Shown: positions 19,059 through 31,220, numbered from the stretch's first letter. The stretch is DNA of 64,000 bases from an uncultured Planctomycetaceae bacterium (GCA_963785305.1 CAWAUV010000007.1:1376001-1440000), one strand, 5' to 3'. Notes: generated by a model from the sequence alone, not told the origin. Made by a program: numbers and translations.

Positions 19059-20444
19059 CTATTTCGAGGGCGCCAACAAATGCCGGTTGGCCATCGAGAT
19101 GCCGCTGACGATCGCCCCGATGATGCCCACGAAGCCTTGGTCGGTGCCGCAGAGAAATAGATTCTTGAGATGCGTGGCCCCGTCCCACGCTTTCTCGGGC
19201 GAGCCATACACGGCGCCGCCTTCGTGCCAGGTGAAGCGGCGAATCGTGGTGGGCGTGAATGTGTCGGTGTCGACCACGGCGTGGCGAAAGTCGGGAATGA
19301 ACCGCGTGGCGCTGCTCACGATTTGATCGTAGGCCCGGAGCTTGGCGAGGCGATAGTCTTCCGCGTCGAGCGAATTCCAGAGCTCGTAGTTGGCCAGCGC
19401 CGTGATGCGGAGCACGCCTTCGGCGAGCGGCTCGTCGTAGGCGAAATTATTCGGCGAGCAGATCACGCCGCTGGCCGGGTCGACGAGCGTGTCGGGCTTT
19501 TGCCAATGAAAAGTCTCGCTGTCGTTGAAGAACACCACGGTGCGGGTCGAGCCGAGCTGCCGCGGCTGGGTGTTGAGCACGCTCACGGCCTCGACGAACG
19601 ACAGCCGCCCGGCCGCCGGAAGCTCCGCCTGGCTCACGTCGTCGCACATGCGCATCGTTTCCAGCCAGCCGGCGCTCGACAGCACTCGCTCGGCCTCGAG
19701 CTCGCTGCCATCGTCGAGCACCACGCCGGCGACCCGGCCATCGACCACGTGCAGCCTCTGAACTCCGGCTCGCAGCCGCAGCTCGCCGCCGAGCTCCTTG
19801 AAACGGCGCACGAGATTCTTGAGAATCAGCCGTACTCCGGCCCAAGGGCGGGCAAAGCCTTCCATGTAAATGCCGCGAAACAGGATCGAGAAGCTGGCGA
19901 AATCCATGTCGTGCTCGCGGCCGTTGCCGTAGTACATCAGCGGCGCGAGAATCATTTCGCTCAAAAGCGGGTCGCCGAGGTGTTGCGAGAGAACCTGTCG
20001 GGCCGAGCGGCCATCGGGCAGGTTATCGAGCTCGTCGTAGTCGAGAATGCTGGCGGCCAGGCGATTGAAGTTGTCGCGCTCCCCGGGGAAATGCCGCGCC
20101 ACTTCGCTCCGCAGTCGCTCGAAGTCGTTGTCGAATTCGAGCGTCACACCCGGAAACATGATCGCCGAGCCGAGCTGCGGCGAGAGCGAGAAGTCGTCCC
20201 AGTTGAAGCGGAGTTGCCGGAGCAGCCGGGCGAGCGGGCCTTTCTTGGCGCCTTTGGGCGTGAAATTCGTCACGGCGTGCAGCCCGACATCGTAATTGCG
20301 CCCACCCTGGCGATAAAACGAATTGAGCCCGCCGATGGTCGTGTGCCGCTCGAGAATGCAAACCCGCTGGTCGAAGTAAGCAGCGCGAATGCCGGCGGCC
20401 AGTCCCGACATGCCCGCGCCGATAATGATCGCGTCGTAGGTCAT
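19059..20444 (-). CDS. Phytoene-desaturase-like FAD-dependent oxidoreductase
   Basis: IIIGAGMSGL, DVGLH, TPTTI..GAVYG and GIIGAIVSG. Confidence 0.85.
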   Translation of the reverse strand: MTYDAIIIGAGMSGLAAGIRAAYFDQRVCILERHTTIGGLNSFYRQGGRNYDVGLHAVTNFTPKGAKKGPLARLLRQLRFNWDDFSLSPQLGSAIMFPGVTLEFDNDFERLRSEVARHFPGERDNFNRLAASILDYDELDNLPDGRSARQVLSQHLGDPLLSEMILAPLMYYGNGREHDMDFASFSILFRGIYMEGFARPWAGVRLILKNLVRRFKELGGELRLRAGVQRLHVVDGRVAGVVLDDGSELEAERVLSSAGWLETMRMCDDVSQAELPAAGRLSFVEAVSVLNTQPRQLGSTRTVVFFNDSETFHWQKPDTLVDPASGVICSPNNFAYDEPLAEGVLRITALANYELWNSLDAEDYRLAKLRAYDQIVSSATRFIPDFRHAVVDTDTFTPTTIRRFTWHEGGAVYGSPEKAWDGATHLKNLFLCGTDQGFVGIIGAIVSGISMANRHLLAPSK

Positions 20445-20515
20445 ATGCAATCCGCCGCGGTCCCGTTCCCCGGGGCTCTTTCGAGACCCCGGCCGGCGCG
20501 GCGCCGGGCTCGGCC

Positions 20516-20767
20516 TCACAGGTCTTTCATCAGCGGTTCGAGATAGTTTACCGTGCTTTGCATCGAGGCCAGGGCCGTGTAGTCTTCCTCGGGCACTTGC
20601 ACTCGGTAACGCTTGCGGAGCTCCATCACGATATCGAGAAAGTCCATGCTGTCGAGCTCGAGTTGCTCGCGGAAGGAAACGTCGTCCTTCAAATTGCCGA
20701 GGTCCTCTTCCGGCGCGATATCGCTGAGGATGTCTTTCACGGCTTCTCTAATCTCGGCAGGTGTCAT
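20516..20767 (-). CDS. Acyl carrier protein
   Basis: Acidic 83-aa protein with the LDSMD phosphopantetheine site. Confidence 0.92.
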   Translation of the reverse strand: MTPAEIREAVKDILSDIAPEEDLGNLKDDVSFREQLELDSMDFLDIVMELRKRYRVQVPEEDYTALASMQSTVNYLEPLMKDL

Positions 20768-20939
20768 GCCCGAAGGGTCTCCGCGTTGAAGGCTGTGGGT
20801 GATTCGGAAGTAATCGGTTGTACCGACCGCCGGCGCGAGGGCTTCTGATGCCGTGGCGTTTGGGTCCGCGCGGCGGGCTCGGCCGGACGGCGAATCGTGG
20901 TTCGCTCGGGCAAACTCGCGAGCCGCCGAAGCGGGACCG

Positions 20940-22244
20940 TCAGTAGCGTTTGATGACCACCACCGAATTGATGCCGAGCATGCCGAACGAATTGTTCAGA
21001 ATATACTCGACGCCGCGAGTTTCGCGAGGCTGGTTGAGCACCAATCCGTCCAAATGGCACTCGGGGTCGAGCTCGTCGACATTGACCGTGGCGTGGCACA
21101 CGCGGTCTTGGAAGGCCGGCAAATTGCCACACAGTTCGAGCGCCCCGGCAGCGCCCATCGTGTGGCCGATAAAGCTTTTAGCGTTGTTGAACAGGGTCCG
21201 CTCGCTGCCTTGAAACACGCTCCTGAGGGCCGCGCATTCCTGCACATCGCCCAGGCCGGTGCCCGTGGCGTGGGTGCTCACGATATCGATCTGCTCGGGT
21301 CCGACGCCGGCCCGCTTGAGCGCCAGGCGGACACACTCGGCCTGCCGCGCCGGATTGGGCAACACGAAGTCGCTGGCGTCGCTGTTCATGGCGTAGCCGA
21401 CCAGTTCGCCATAAACGCGGGCCCCGCGGCGGCGGGCGTCGCTCAGCCGCTCGAGCACCACCAGCGCCCCGCCCTCGGAGACCACGATGCCGTTGCGATT
21501 CACGTCGAACGGCCGACTGGCCTTGGCCGGGTCGATGTGCGAAGCGAGCGCCTCCTGGCTTTTGAAACTGGCGAAAATCCCGAAAGTGCGCACACTCTCC
21601 GACACTCCGCCGGCTAGGGCCAGATCGCATTCGCCCAGCCGCAGCATTTGGGCCCCTTGGATCAGGCCGGCGTTGCCCGCGGCGCAGGCGGCGCCGATCG
21701 TGTAGTGCGGGCCGGTGATGCCCAGGTTCAGCGAGATTTCGCCCGCCGGATTGTTGGCCACGGTGCGCGGGTTATGGTGATGCGACCAGAATTTCGTGTC
21801 GTAGTCGAAGCTCTTGAGCTCGAAAATTTCGTTTTCGGTCTCGACATTGCCGTGTTCGGTCACGCCGACATAAACGCCGACCTGAGATTTGTCGACATTG
21901 GCCCAGTCGACGCCCGAATCGGCGATCGCCTCGCGGGCACAGTAGATCGCCACGCTGCCGGCGCGAGTGCCGCGGCGCAGGTCCTTGCGGTTCTGATGGC
22001 GGAGCTCGTCGAAATTGCAGATGCCGGCCACGGTCTGGCCGACATAGCGAATGTCATAGGCAGTCACTCCGCTCCGGCCGGCGAGCAAGCTCTCGCGAAA
22101 CTCGGCGAGATTATTGCCATTGGGCGCCGTGAGGCCGATGCCGGTAATGACGATCCGGCTCTCGGGCGACCTTTCGGCGCCGGGCGCCGCCGCGGCCTGG
22201 CTGGCGGAAGAATGGCTCGGAGTATCGTTGGCGCCGGCGATCAT
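20940..22244 (-). CDS. Beta-ketoacyl-ACP synthase (FabF/FabB-like)
   Basis: AACAAG, HATGT, KSFIGHTMGAAG, NSFG. Confidence 0.92.
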   Translation of the reverse strand: MIAGANDTPSHSSASQAAAAPGAERSPESRIVITGIGLTAPNGNNLAEFRESLLAGRSGVTAYDIRYVGQTVAGICNFDELRHQNRKDLRRGTRAGSVAIYCAREAIADSGVDWANVDKSQVGVYVGVTEHGNVETENEIFELKSFDYDTKFWSHHHNPRTVANNPAGEISLNLGITGPHYTIGAACAAGNAGLIQGAQMLRLGECDLALAGGVSESVRTFGIFASFKSQEALASHIDPAKASRPFDVNRNGIVVSEGGALVVLERLSDARRRGARVYGELVGYAMNSDASDFVLPNPARQAECVRLALKRAGVGPEQIDIVSTHATGTGLGDVQECAALRSVFQGSERTLFNNAKSFIGHTMGAAGALELCGNLPAFQDRVCHATVNVDELDPECHLDGLVLNQPRETRGVEYILNNSFGMLGINSVVVIKRY

Positions 22245-22660
22245 GCCACCGTCCTTGGAAAACGCGTTGCGAGAGAAATGAACCGGAGAACGACAAAAAG
22301 CCGAAGGCATTCGGTCGCACGACGGACAAATTGCACGGGGAGAAAAACCATGAAGTATTCCGACGGGGGGGAAGCCAGCCACGCCGCCTTCGATTTATTG
22401 AACCGCCCCGGCGGGATCAATCGTTCGGGCGATCCGCGTCGAATGCCCGGGCCGAATCTCGCCGCCATTGGGGGCATCGCCCAGCATCCGCGCAAGGGCC
22501 ACCGCCCACGGCGGCGGAGCTCCCGTTGATTTCAAGTTAACGCGATGCGCGGCTGTTGACAAGCGCCGCCCGCACGCGCGATCGAGCTTGTCGAGCGTCG
22601 GTAACACAATGCGACCGATTGGAGGGGGGGCCGACATTTTCCGTTTTAAGCGTCCTGATT

Positions 22661-23518
22661 CTACTTCGAGGTCTTCAAGGCCTCGTTCATGAATTTCCAT
22701 AACGCCTGTGTCGGTTGGTCGTCGAGAAGGCCCAGGTCGGAGTTGATCGTGCCGTGGTTTTTGCCGGCGGCGGCGATCCGTGCGGCCGCGATGCCGTGGG
22801 CTTGGAGTTCGGCGCCCAGCCGCTCGGCCTGCTTCGTGGTGAGCGGATTGTCGGCCACGTGCAGGATCAAGAATGGCGGGATGTTTTTGCCCTTCGCGAC
22901 GTGCGTCACGGGCGAGAGGGCCTTTTGATCGTCGGGGGCGCCAAACTTTCGCGCGTGGCTGGCGGCGCTTTTCGCCGGCTCGGTGGCGATTTGGAGCGGC
23001 ACATCGTAGGTGTCGCCGTCGACCGGCACGCAGCCTTTGACGATCGAGAGCGGCAGCCCTTCGGCTTTTAGATACATGTCATCGGTGCAAACGAGCGCCG
23101 CCAATTGGGCCCCGGCCGAGTGGCCGCCGACAAAGATCGCCTTCGGATCGCCGTCGTGGTCCTTGGCCCGATCGCATGTCCAGCGGATCGCCTTCGCCAC
23201 ATCGCCGGCCATTTGCCCGATCGTGGCCTCGGGCGCCAAGCGGTAATTGATCGAGACGAAAATGAATCCCTTGTCGACAAACGCCCGCGGCTTGCTCTGC
23301 ACGTCGCGCTTGTCGCCCTGCTCCCAGCCGCCGCCATGAATCCAAAACACGATCGGATGGTCCTTGCCGTCTTTCGGAGCATAAATATCGACAGTCCGCC
23401 GCGGGTTCGTCGGCTCGGCATAGGGCAAATCACGATGCGTCGCCATCTCGGCGGCAAACAGGGGCGCGACGAGCAGCGAGGCGGCGAGGATCGCGATGGA
23501 ATAGGCAACGTATCTCAT
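22661..23518 (-). CDS. Secreted alpha/beta hydrolase (carboxylesterase)
   Basis: Signal peptide, HGGGW, GHSAG, C-terminal His. Confidence 0.88.
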   Translation of the reverse strand: MRYVAYSIAILAASLLVAPLFAAEMATHRDLPYAEPTNPRRTVDIYAPKDGKDHPIVFWIHGGGWEQGDKRDVQSKPRAFVDKGFIFVSINYRLAPEATIGQMAGDVAKAIRWTCDRAKDHDGDPKAIFVGGHSAGAQLAALVCTDDMYLKAEGLPLSIVKGCVPVDGDTYDVPLQIATEPAKSAASHARKFGAPDDQKALSPVTHVAKGKNIPPFLILHVADNPLTTKQAERLGAELQAHGIAAARIAAAGKNHGTINSDLGLLDDQPTQALWKFMNEALKTSK

Positions 23519-23691
23519 GTCGGGGTTCCTAATGACCGTGCGAGGCGATGGGGATGCGAGGCCTGATTCAAGTGAGGCGACTTTGGAATTCAGGCGGGCT
23601 TGTCGCGAACCATGATACCGAAACGGTCTCGGTTGCCCAGAAAAATATCGGCCGGGGCCGCCGCCCGCCGCCGGTTCCGGCTCGGCGTTAC

Positions 23692-23836
23692 AGCAGCCCG
23701 TTGATTTATTCAGCGGGCTGCTAGATCGCATGGATGCGATCGCAAAATAGCGACGCAAGTCGCTATTTTGCGAGCCGCACGCAGCTTTGCCGCGTGCTTG
23801 GCGAGGTTGAAATAAGCCACGAGGGTTTATTTCAAC
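23692..23836. repeat. MITE-like element of four stacked palindromes
   Basis: Hairpins at 23692-23722, 23724-23741, 23741-23772 and 23806-23836. Partial relatives near 11745-11795 and 58739-58769. Confidence 0.7.
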
Positions 23837-23852
23837 GGAATGACAGACCGCT

Positions 23853-24005
23853 GAAATTCCCAGGAGTCAGGAGTGATTGATTGCGTTGGCGGCCGTGCTA
23901 GGCTGGCGGGCATGCCTCGACCACCAGTCGCCGACGAGCGGGCCATTTGCACAATGTGCTCAACCGAGCCAACGGTCGGCGACGCATTCTCCGCACACGG
24001 ATTGG
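23853..24005 (+). mobile_element. Y1/RAYT-like element 5' remnant, copy 3
   Basis: GGAGTCAGGAGTGATTGATT..GGCGG..TAGGCTGGCGGGCATGCCTCGACCACCA aligns with the 5' end of copy 1; encodes MPRPP..HNVLNRANGR. Confidence 0.6.
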
Positions 24006-24034
24006 CGGACAGCCATCGATTGGCGACTGTGTGG

Positions 24035-24058
24035 CATGCCCACGCAAGCGTGGGCATG
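24035..24058. repeat. REP-like palindrome
   Basis: CATGCCCACGC-AA-GCGTGGGCATG. Confidence 0.6.
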
Positions 24059-24287
24059 TAGGCGACGCGCGACGCGGAATTGGGAATTGTCGCGCGCGGC
24101 GACAGTCAAACCGTTGGCGGCATGGCGACCGGCGGCATGCGCCCCAAGGATTTTGTCGGCGGCGTGCGAACCAATTCTCTTGACCACCGCTCTTGATCGC
24201 GGTAGAGTCAAGAGCATGGACTGGGTCACGCGGCGCATGCGCGCTGTCGGAGGCAAGCTGCGGGTTCTTCAACATAATTCGGGTCCC

Positions 24288-24347
24288 ATGCACACGATTT
24301 GCCTTTTGCCCTTGTTGCTTTTGTCGCCGAACTTCGGCCGGCCCTAG
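24288..24347 (+). CDS. Leucine-rich leader peptide of leuA
   Basis: MHTICLLPLLLLSPNFGRP*, with 6 Leu in 7 codons, all TTG or CTT. Confidence 0.8.
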   Translation: MHTICLLPLLLLSPNFGRP

Positions 24348-24381
24348 GGTTTTTGCGCATCGCCTCGCGACACTCAAAACG

Positions 24382-24414
24382 AAACCCCAGGGCCGCCAAG
24401 CCTTGGGGTTTTTT
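24382..24414 (+). terminator. Intrinsic terminator of the leuA attenuator
   Basis: AAACCCCAGGGC-CGCCAA-GCCTTGGGG followed by T6. Confidence 0.8.
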
Positions 24415-24430
24415 CGTTATCCGCCCCAAG

Positions 24431-24509
24431 AGCCGCGGTGGTGCGCGAGCCGAGGTAGTGCGAGAGCCGCGGTCATGCGAAAGCCGCGGTCATGCGAAAG
24501 CCGCGGTCA
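24431..24509. repeat. 17-bp tandem repeat, about 4.6 copies
   Basis: AGCCGCGGTCATGCGAA-like units at 24431, 24448, 24465, 24482 and 24499. Confidence 0.85.
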
Positions 24510-24565
24510 GGTGTCGATTTCCCGGCAACTCATCACCCCCAAAGAAGAATACTTCGAGCAATCCC

Positions 24566-26131
<1,566 letters not shown>

Positions 26132-26201
26132 AGCGACCCGCGACGGCGGGACAACAATTTACCGCGACGGGCTCGCCGGGCGCGACGAAGAAAATCCGCG
26201 A

Positions 26202-26690
26202 TTAGCCGAGCCGCATTGCTCGCGGCTCTTGCTCCGCCGCGTCGCCTGGCGCGATTGGCGCCGCGCATGGGCGGCCAGCAAGGGTCGAGCGGCTGTCTAT
26301 GGCACAGCCAGCGGTGAAAAACGATTGCGCACATATTCCGGCACTTGCAGTCCCGTTTTCGGGTCGGTGATCCAGATCGGAGGCGTTTGACCCGCCGGGG
26401 TGAACACGCCATGAACCGCGTCGTAGGTTCCGTTGGGCATGATCTGGGACATTTCCTCCGATTCTCGTTCGGCGCAGCTTCGCTTTGTACTCCGCGCGGG
26501 CCCGCTGCGTGGCGGCGTCGCGCTCCTTGACCAGACGAATGCGTTTCTCGTCGTCGGTCTCGATGTGATGCTTGGGCTTCTTGAGCGTGTTTTTGGTCGC
26601 TGGCGGCCAGATCGGCGTGCTTTTAATTTGCTGTGAATTTGCGATCCGGCACAGCGAGGCAATGACCATTAGCAGGACAAGTTTTTTCAT
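26202..26690 (-). CDS. Small secreted hypothetical protein, probably frameshifted
   Basis: GGGAGG RBS and MKKLVLLMVIASLC signal peptide. Confidence 0.45.
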   Translation of the reverse strand: MKKLVLLMVIASLCRIANSQQIKSTPIWPPATKNTLKKPKHHIETDDEKRIRLVKERDAATQRARAEYKAKLRRTRIGGNVPDHAQRNLRRGSWRVHPGGSNASDLDHRPENGTASAGICAQSFFTAGCAIDSRSTLAGRPCAAPIAPGDAAEQEPRAMRLG

Positions 26691-27044
26691 GGCGATCCCC
26701 TCCCATCAACCCCAAGAAAGAAATTCGCCCGAGACAAAACGCACTCGCCGGTGAGCGTTTGGAGAGTCGTTGAGACCTGTCCGCGATTGTGTTTTCGCTC
26801 CCATCCCCGCCTTCTTTGCCGAAGAGCAAGCCGAGTGCGGTCGCAACGGAACGGGCGATCGGCCACGGAGACCAATCCCTCGAAATCAAGTCTAGCTCGA
26901 TTCAAGGGTTTCGCCGCGCGCGATGGCCCAGATTCGAGCCGGTTTCCCGGGCCGGCCGGCCATCTCAAGGGCCGCCTAATGCGAAAGTACCGCCGCTTTC
27001 CGCCGCGATGTTGACTTTTCGCCACACGGAGCACGCTCCGGCAA

Positions 27045-27552
27045 TCAGCGCGTCACGAAGGCGAGATAATAAAACATCCAGCCGGTGAGCGCGGTTAGCA
27101 GCATGTCGATGGCGGCGATTTTGCCCCAGCGCACATGCCAGGCGCTGTGGCGGCTGGGCGCTGGGGGGGCAGGAAAATCGCGCAGGGCGCGTACCGTGAC
27201 GATCGTCCAGAGCAAGGCGGTGCTCACCGCGAACAGCAGATGCACATAGAGCGCGATGAGCACCCAATCGATTTGGCCGTCGCGGCCATGGTAGGGCGAG
27301 GCGAGCGCGGTGTCGCCAGCCATTCAGGCGCATGTCGAGCTCGAAGAGCGCCACGGTTGCGGCCAGCACCGCGGCGAGCGCGAGTTGAATTCGCTTGTGC
27401 CACGCGAAGCGGCGGCGGTATTTCACGAGCCAAACACTCGCGCCGAGCAGCGGAATGACCAGGAACATCGCCAGAAACACGACATCGAGCATCAGCGATG
27501 CCCGCGTGCCGAGAAAGCCATCGAGCCCACCGGGAGGCGTCAGGTCTACCAC
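27045..27552 (-). CDS. DUF420-like membrane protein, frame break
   Basis: GFLGTRASLMLDVV..WHKRIQ..FELDMR, then LYVHLLFA..ALTGWMFYYLAF. Confidence 0.75.
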
Positions 27553-27706
27553 AGGATAAGATTCCGCGCTGCGTGAAATAGGCGATCCGCCCTGCCCTGC
27601 CGCAATGTATCCGCCCGGCGCCGAACAACGCAAGCGAAGCGCGAGGGTCGGAAGGCGGCGCGGCTGCGATGGAAGCGCATGCCAGACGCGTCGCGGCGCC
27701 GCGCTG

Positions 27707-29030
27707 TCATGGCATGCCGGCCCAGTCGCCGGTGTCGGTCGTGGCCTCGGCCGCGGCGCCCACGCTTTCCGCGGCGCTGATCGCGTGCGTGGAGCCGAGC
27801 GGTCGTAGCCGACCGGCCAGGTAGATGCTCAGCAGCGTGGCGATGCAGCCGATCACGCCCACGATGCCGTAGTGCGTGAGCTCGTTCGTGGCGGATTGGC
27901 CTAGGATTCGGCCGCCGAGAAAGGCGCCCAGGCCGGTGGCGATGTGCTGCATCGACGAGTTGGCGCTCATGAAGCCGCCCCGTCGCGCCGGCTCGACGCT
28001 ATCCGTCACCAGGGCCATGGCCGCGATCATGCGGCTGGAATTGGCCACCATCAGGCCCGCCACCGCGACCACGGCCAGCGGCAACCCCACGCGCGGCAAT
28101 TGGGTGATCACGACCATCAACGCGGCCGACACCGGCGCCGCCACGCGATAAACCCAAATCCTGCCGAAGCGATCGGCCATGCGGCCGACCAGGGGCGCGG
28201 TAAACGGCGCAGAGTCCGCTGGTGACGAACACCCACTTGAGATTGACTTCGCTCACGCCGACATTCCGCACCAAATATGTGCTCACATAGGGAATCACGG
28301 CGAAGCTGCCGAGCATGATGGTGATGATGAGCGCGAAGGCCTTGAGATGCGTGGGCAGCGTGAGCGTTTCGAAAATCATGCGCAAGGGGCGCCGCCGCGG
28401 GCCCTCGGCTCGGTGCGGCGGCAAGGTCGGCATCGCCCAGGCCGTCAGTAAAAGCACCGGCGAACCGAGCGCGGCCAACACCAAGAACGGCGCATGCCAT
28501 CCCCAGGCCTGGCCCAGCTCGATCCCGGCGGGCACCCCGACCACGCTGGCCAAGGAAAACGCCGACATCAGCACTCCCGTCGCCCGGCCGCGGCGATGCT
28601 CGGGAAACACATCGCCGATGATCGTCATCGACAAACCGCCGAGCACTCCGCCAAACGCCCCGGTGACGATTCGCGCCGCGAGCAGCGTGGCATAGGTCGG
28701 CGCGAGCCCGCATAGCAGGGTGCCGATCATGAAGCCCGTGTAGAGCGTGATAAACGCCGCCTTGCGGGTAAAGCGATCCATGAACGCCGCGCCCACCAGC
28801 CCCGCGACGCCGGCCGCGAACGCATAGGCCGACACGATCAGCCCAAATTGCCCGGGATCGATGCCGAGCGAAGACATCATGTCGGGCCCGAGCGGCATCA
28901 CCACCATGAAGTCGACCAAGTTCGTGAACTGCGCCGCGGCGAGCACCAGCAGCACCCACCGCTCGCGCCGAGTTCCGAGCGAGCCGGCCGGCGCGGCGTA
29001 TTCCCTGTTCGGCGTGATCGTGTTATGCAT
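27707..29030 (-). CDS. MFS transporter, frame break
   Basis: Multiple TM helices; DRFTRK and ADRFGR motif A. Confidence 0.88.
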
Positions 29031-29217
29031 TGGCGCCCGCGGTCGCTTGTTCCCTATCGAACCGTCTGTGGTCACTCCGCGCTTCATGGTATCATCGCGC
29101 GCTTTCCAGCGCGTCGGCCTTGACGACAAATTCAAGAACAACCGCTATGTGGCCCCGGCGACGGAACCGCCGGGCGACGCCATTGCCCCCTCCGGGTCTC
29201 CCCAGGATTATTCGCCC

Positions 29218-29941
29218 GTGGACAACCCTTCTTCGGAACGACCACGTCTGGCCGTCGATGTGGTAGCTGAAATCCAGACGCTGGGCGATCCCAAAACAGC
29301 GAGATTTCTCGCCGGATTTTTCAAGACAGGCCCGGGGCAATATGCCGAACACGACACATTTCTTGGCGTGCGGGTTCCCGTCTTGCGCAAACTCGCCAAG
29401 CGACATGCCGGGCTCGCCGATGGGGAAATCGCGCGGCTGCTAGCGTCGCCGATTCATGAATGCCGCTTCACCGCTTTGCAGATCATGATTCTCAAGGCGT
29501 CGCGCGGCGGGTCGGTCGAGCGGCAAATGGTGGCGATCTACCGCGCCGGCCTCGCGCATGTGAACAACTGGGACTTGGTCGACGCCTCGGCTCCGCAATT
29601 GCTGGGCGCTTGGCTCGCGACGCGCGATCGCCGCCCGCTGTACCGCCTCGCGCTCGAAGCAGCTCTGGGAGCGGCGAATCGCCATCGTGGCGACACTCGC
29701 TTTTATTCGCCGCGACGATTTCGCCGACGCGCTCGCGATCGCCAAGCTTCTGCTCGACGATCGCCACGATTTGATTCACAAAGCCATCGGCTGGATGCTG
29801 CGCGAAGTCGGCAAGCGCGATCGCGCCACGCTCGTCGCATTTCTCGAAACGCATTATCCGCGGATGCCACGCACATCGCTGCGCTATGCGATCGAACACT
29901 TCTCGCCGCGCGAGCGACTGCGATATATGCGGCCACGCTGA
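29218..29941 (+). CDS. DNA alkylation repair protein (AlkD-like), frame break
   Basis: FFKTGPGQY, FLGVRVP, NNWDLVD, HKAIGWMLREVGK. Confidence 0.88.
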
Positions 29942-30092
29942 CGGAAGCGCCGCCGCCGGGCGATCGCTCTTCGTGCGTTTTTCAGCGCTCCATCGCTCGC
30001 CAATGATTCTCAGTGCGCCGCGGCCGTTTTTTTGGCCACGAGCGTCTGGGGGTTCACCACGTTTTCCGGAGTGTCGCCCGTGAGACGCGCGG

Positions 30093-30998
30093 CTACCTGT
30101 GCGCCGAGCGCGCCCGCAAATTGGCGAGCGACTGCCGCGAGACAAACGCCGCATGCGGGGTGACGATCACGCGCGGGTCGTTCCAAGGCGCTTCGGAAAG
30201 ATTCGGCGGCTCGGGAGTTTGCACATCGAGCCCCGCCCCGGCGAGCCGGCCGGAAGCGAGCGCTTCGATCAGCGCGGCGTTTTCCACCAACGCGCCCCGG
30301 CTGGTGTTGATCAGATAGGCCGTGGGCTTCATCAGGGCAAATGTGTCGCGGTTCATCAAGTGCTTGGTTTCGGGCGTGGCCGGCACATGCAGCGAAACAT
30401 AATCGCTCAACTGAAGCAGTTCATCGAGCGAGCGCCACTCGACTCCCGCCGGCGCGGGACGCACGGCGCGCGAAGTGGCGAGCACGCGCAGGCCAATCGC
30501 TTGAGCACGCGCGGCTAGCCGCGAACCAATGGCGCCGAGGCCGACAATGCCGAGCGTTTGGCCCGAGATGCGTTCCATGACCGGACCGGCGGCCAGATCG
30601 TAGATGCCCGCCTTGGTTTGCTGATGAAAAAACCCCACCTTGCGACCGAGCGCCAACAGCAGGGCCAGGGCATGCTCCGCCACTTCATCGAGACAGTAGT
30701 CGGGCACATTGGTCACGGGAATGCCTTGCTCGGTGGCGAAGGCCACGTCGATATTATCGAGCCCGATGCCCATGCGGCTGATGATGCGGCACCGCTGGGC
30801 GGCCACGATCACCTCGCGCGTCACGCGGGCCCAGTTGGTCATGATCGCATCGGCCTGGGGCGCTTCGCGAATGAGCGTGGCGGCGTCGATCGCCGGCGGC
30901 GTCACGATCTCAGCCCCGACATTGGCCAGCACTTGGGTCTCGATCGACAGGTCCGGCCAAGCGCGGTCGGTCAGCAACACGCGGAATTTCGACATCAT
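30093..30998 (-). CDS. D-2-hydroxyacid dehydrogenase family protein
   Basis: GIGLDNID, GLGAIG, INTSRG, TPHAAF. The true C-terminus probably continues in another frame. Confidence 0.9.
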   Translation of the reverse strand: MMSKFRVLLTDRAWPDLSIETQVLANVGAEIVTPPAIDAATLIREAPQADAIMTNWARVTREVIVAAQRCRIISRMGIGLDNIDVAFATEQGIPVTNVPDYCLDEVAEHALALLLALGRKVGFFHQQTKAGIYDLAAGPVMERISGQTLGIVGLGAIGSRLAARAQAIGLRVLATSRAVRPAPAGVEWRSLDELLQLSDYVSLHVPATPETKHLMNRDTFALMKPTAYLINTSRGALVENAALIEALASGRLAGAGLDVQTPEPPNLSEAPWNDPRVIVTPHAAFVSRQSLANLRARSAHR

Positions 30999-31220
30999 CG
31001 GCTCGCGGAAAAAAGGAAAACGGCGCTCCAAAAGGCAAGCTACCGCTCAGGCGGCGTGCCCACCCGCCAAGCCCCGCCAGGCAGAGGCTGGGAAAGCCTT
31101 TAGTGATACCCGAGCAACCCCGGGGTCCGTCAAGAGCCGCGACGGGCGAGTGGCGGCGGCAATTGTCCTCGGGCCGTTTCGGAGGTTCGGGGGGTTCCGG
31201 CGGTTCCGGCGAATCGCGTC

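Noticed and set aside
24431..24509. Possible CRISPR array
   Set aside because: The units are contiguous with no unique spacers, and there are no cas genes in the window.
31180..31211. Three 9-bp GGTTCCGGC-like repeats beside ISAs1 copy 2
   Set aside because: Short, degenerate, outside the DR, and with no evident function.
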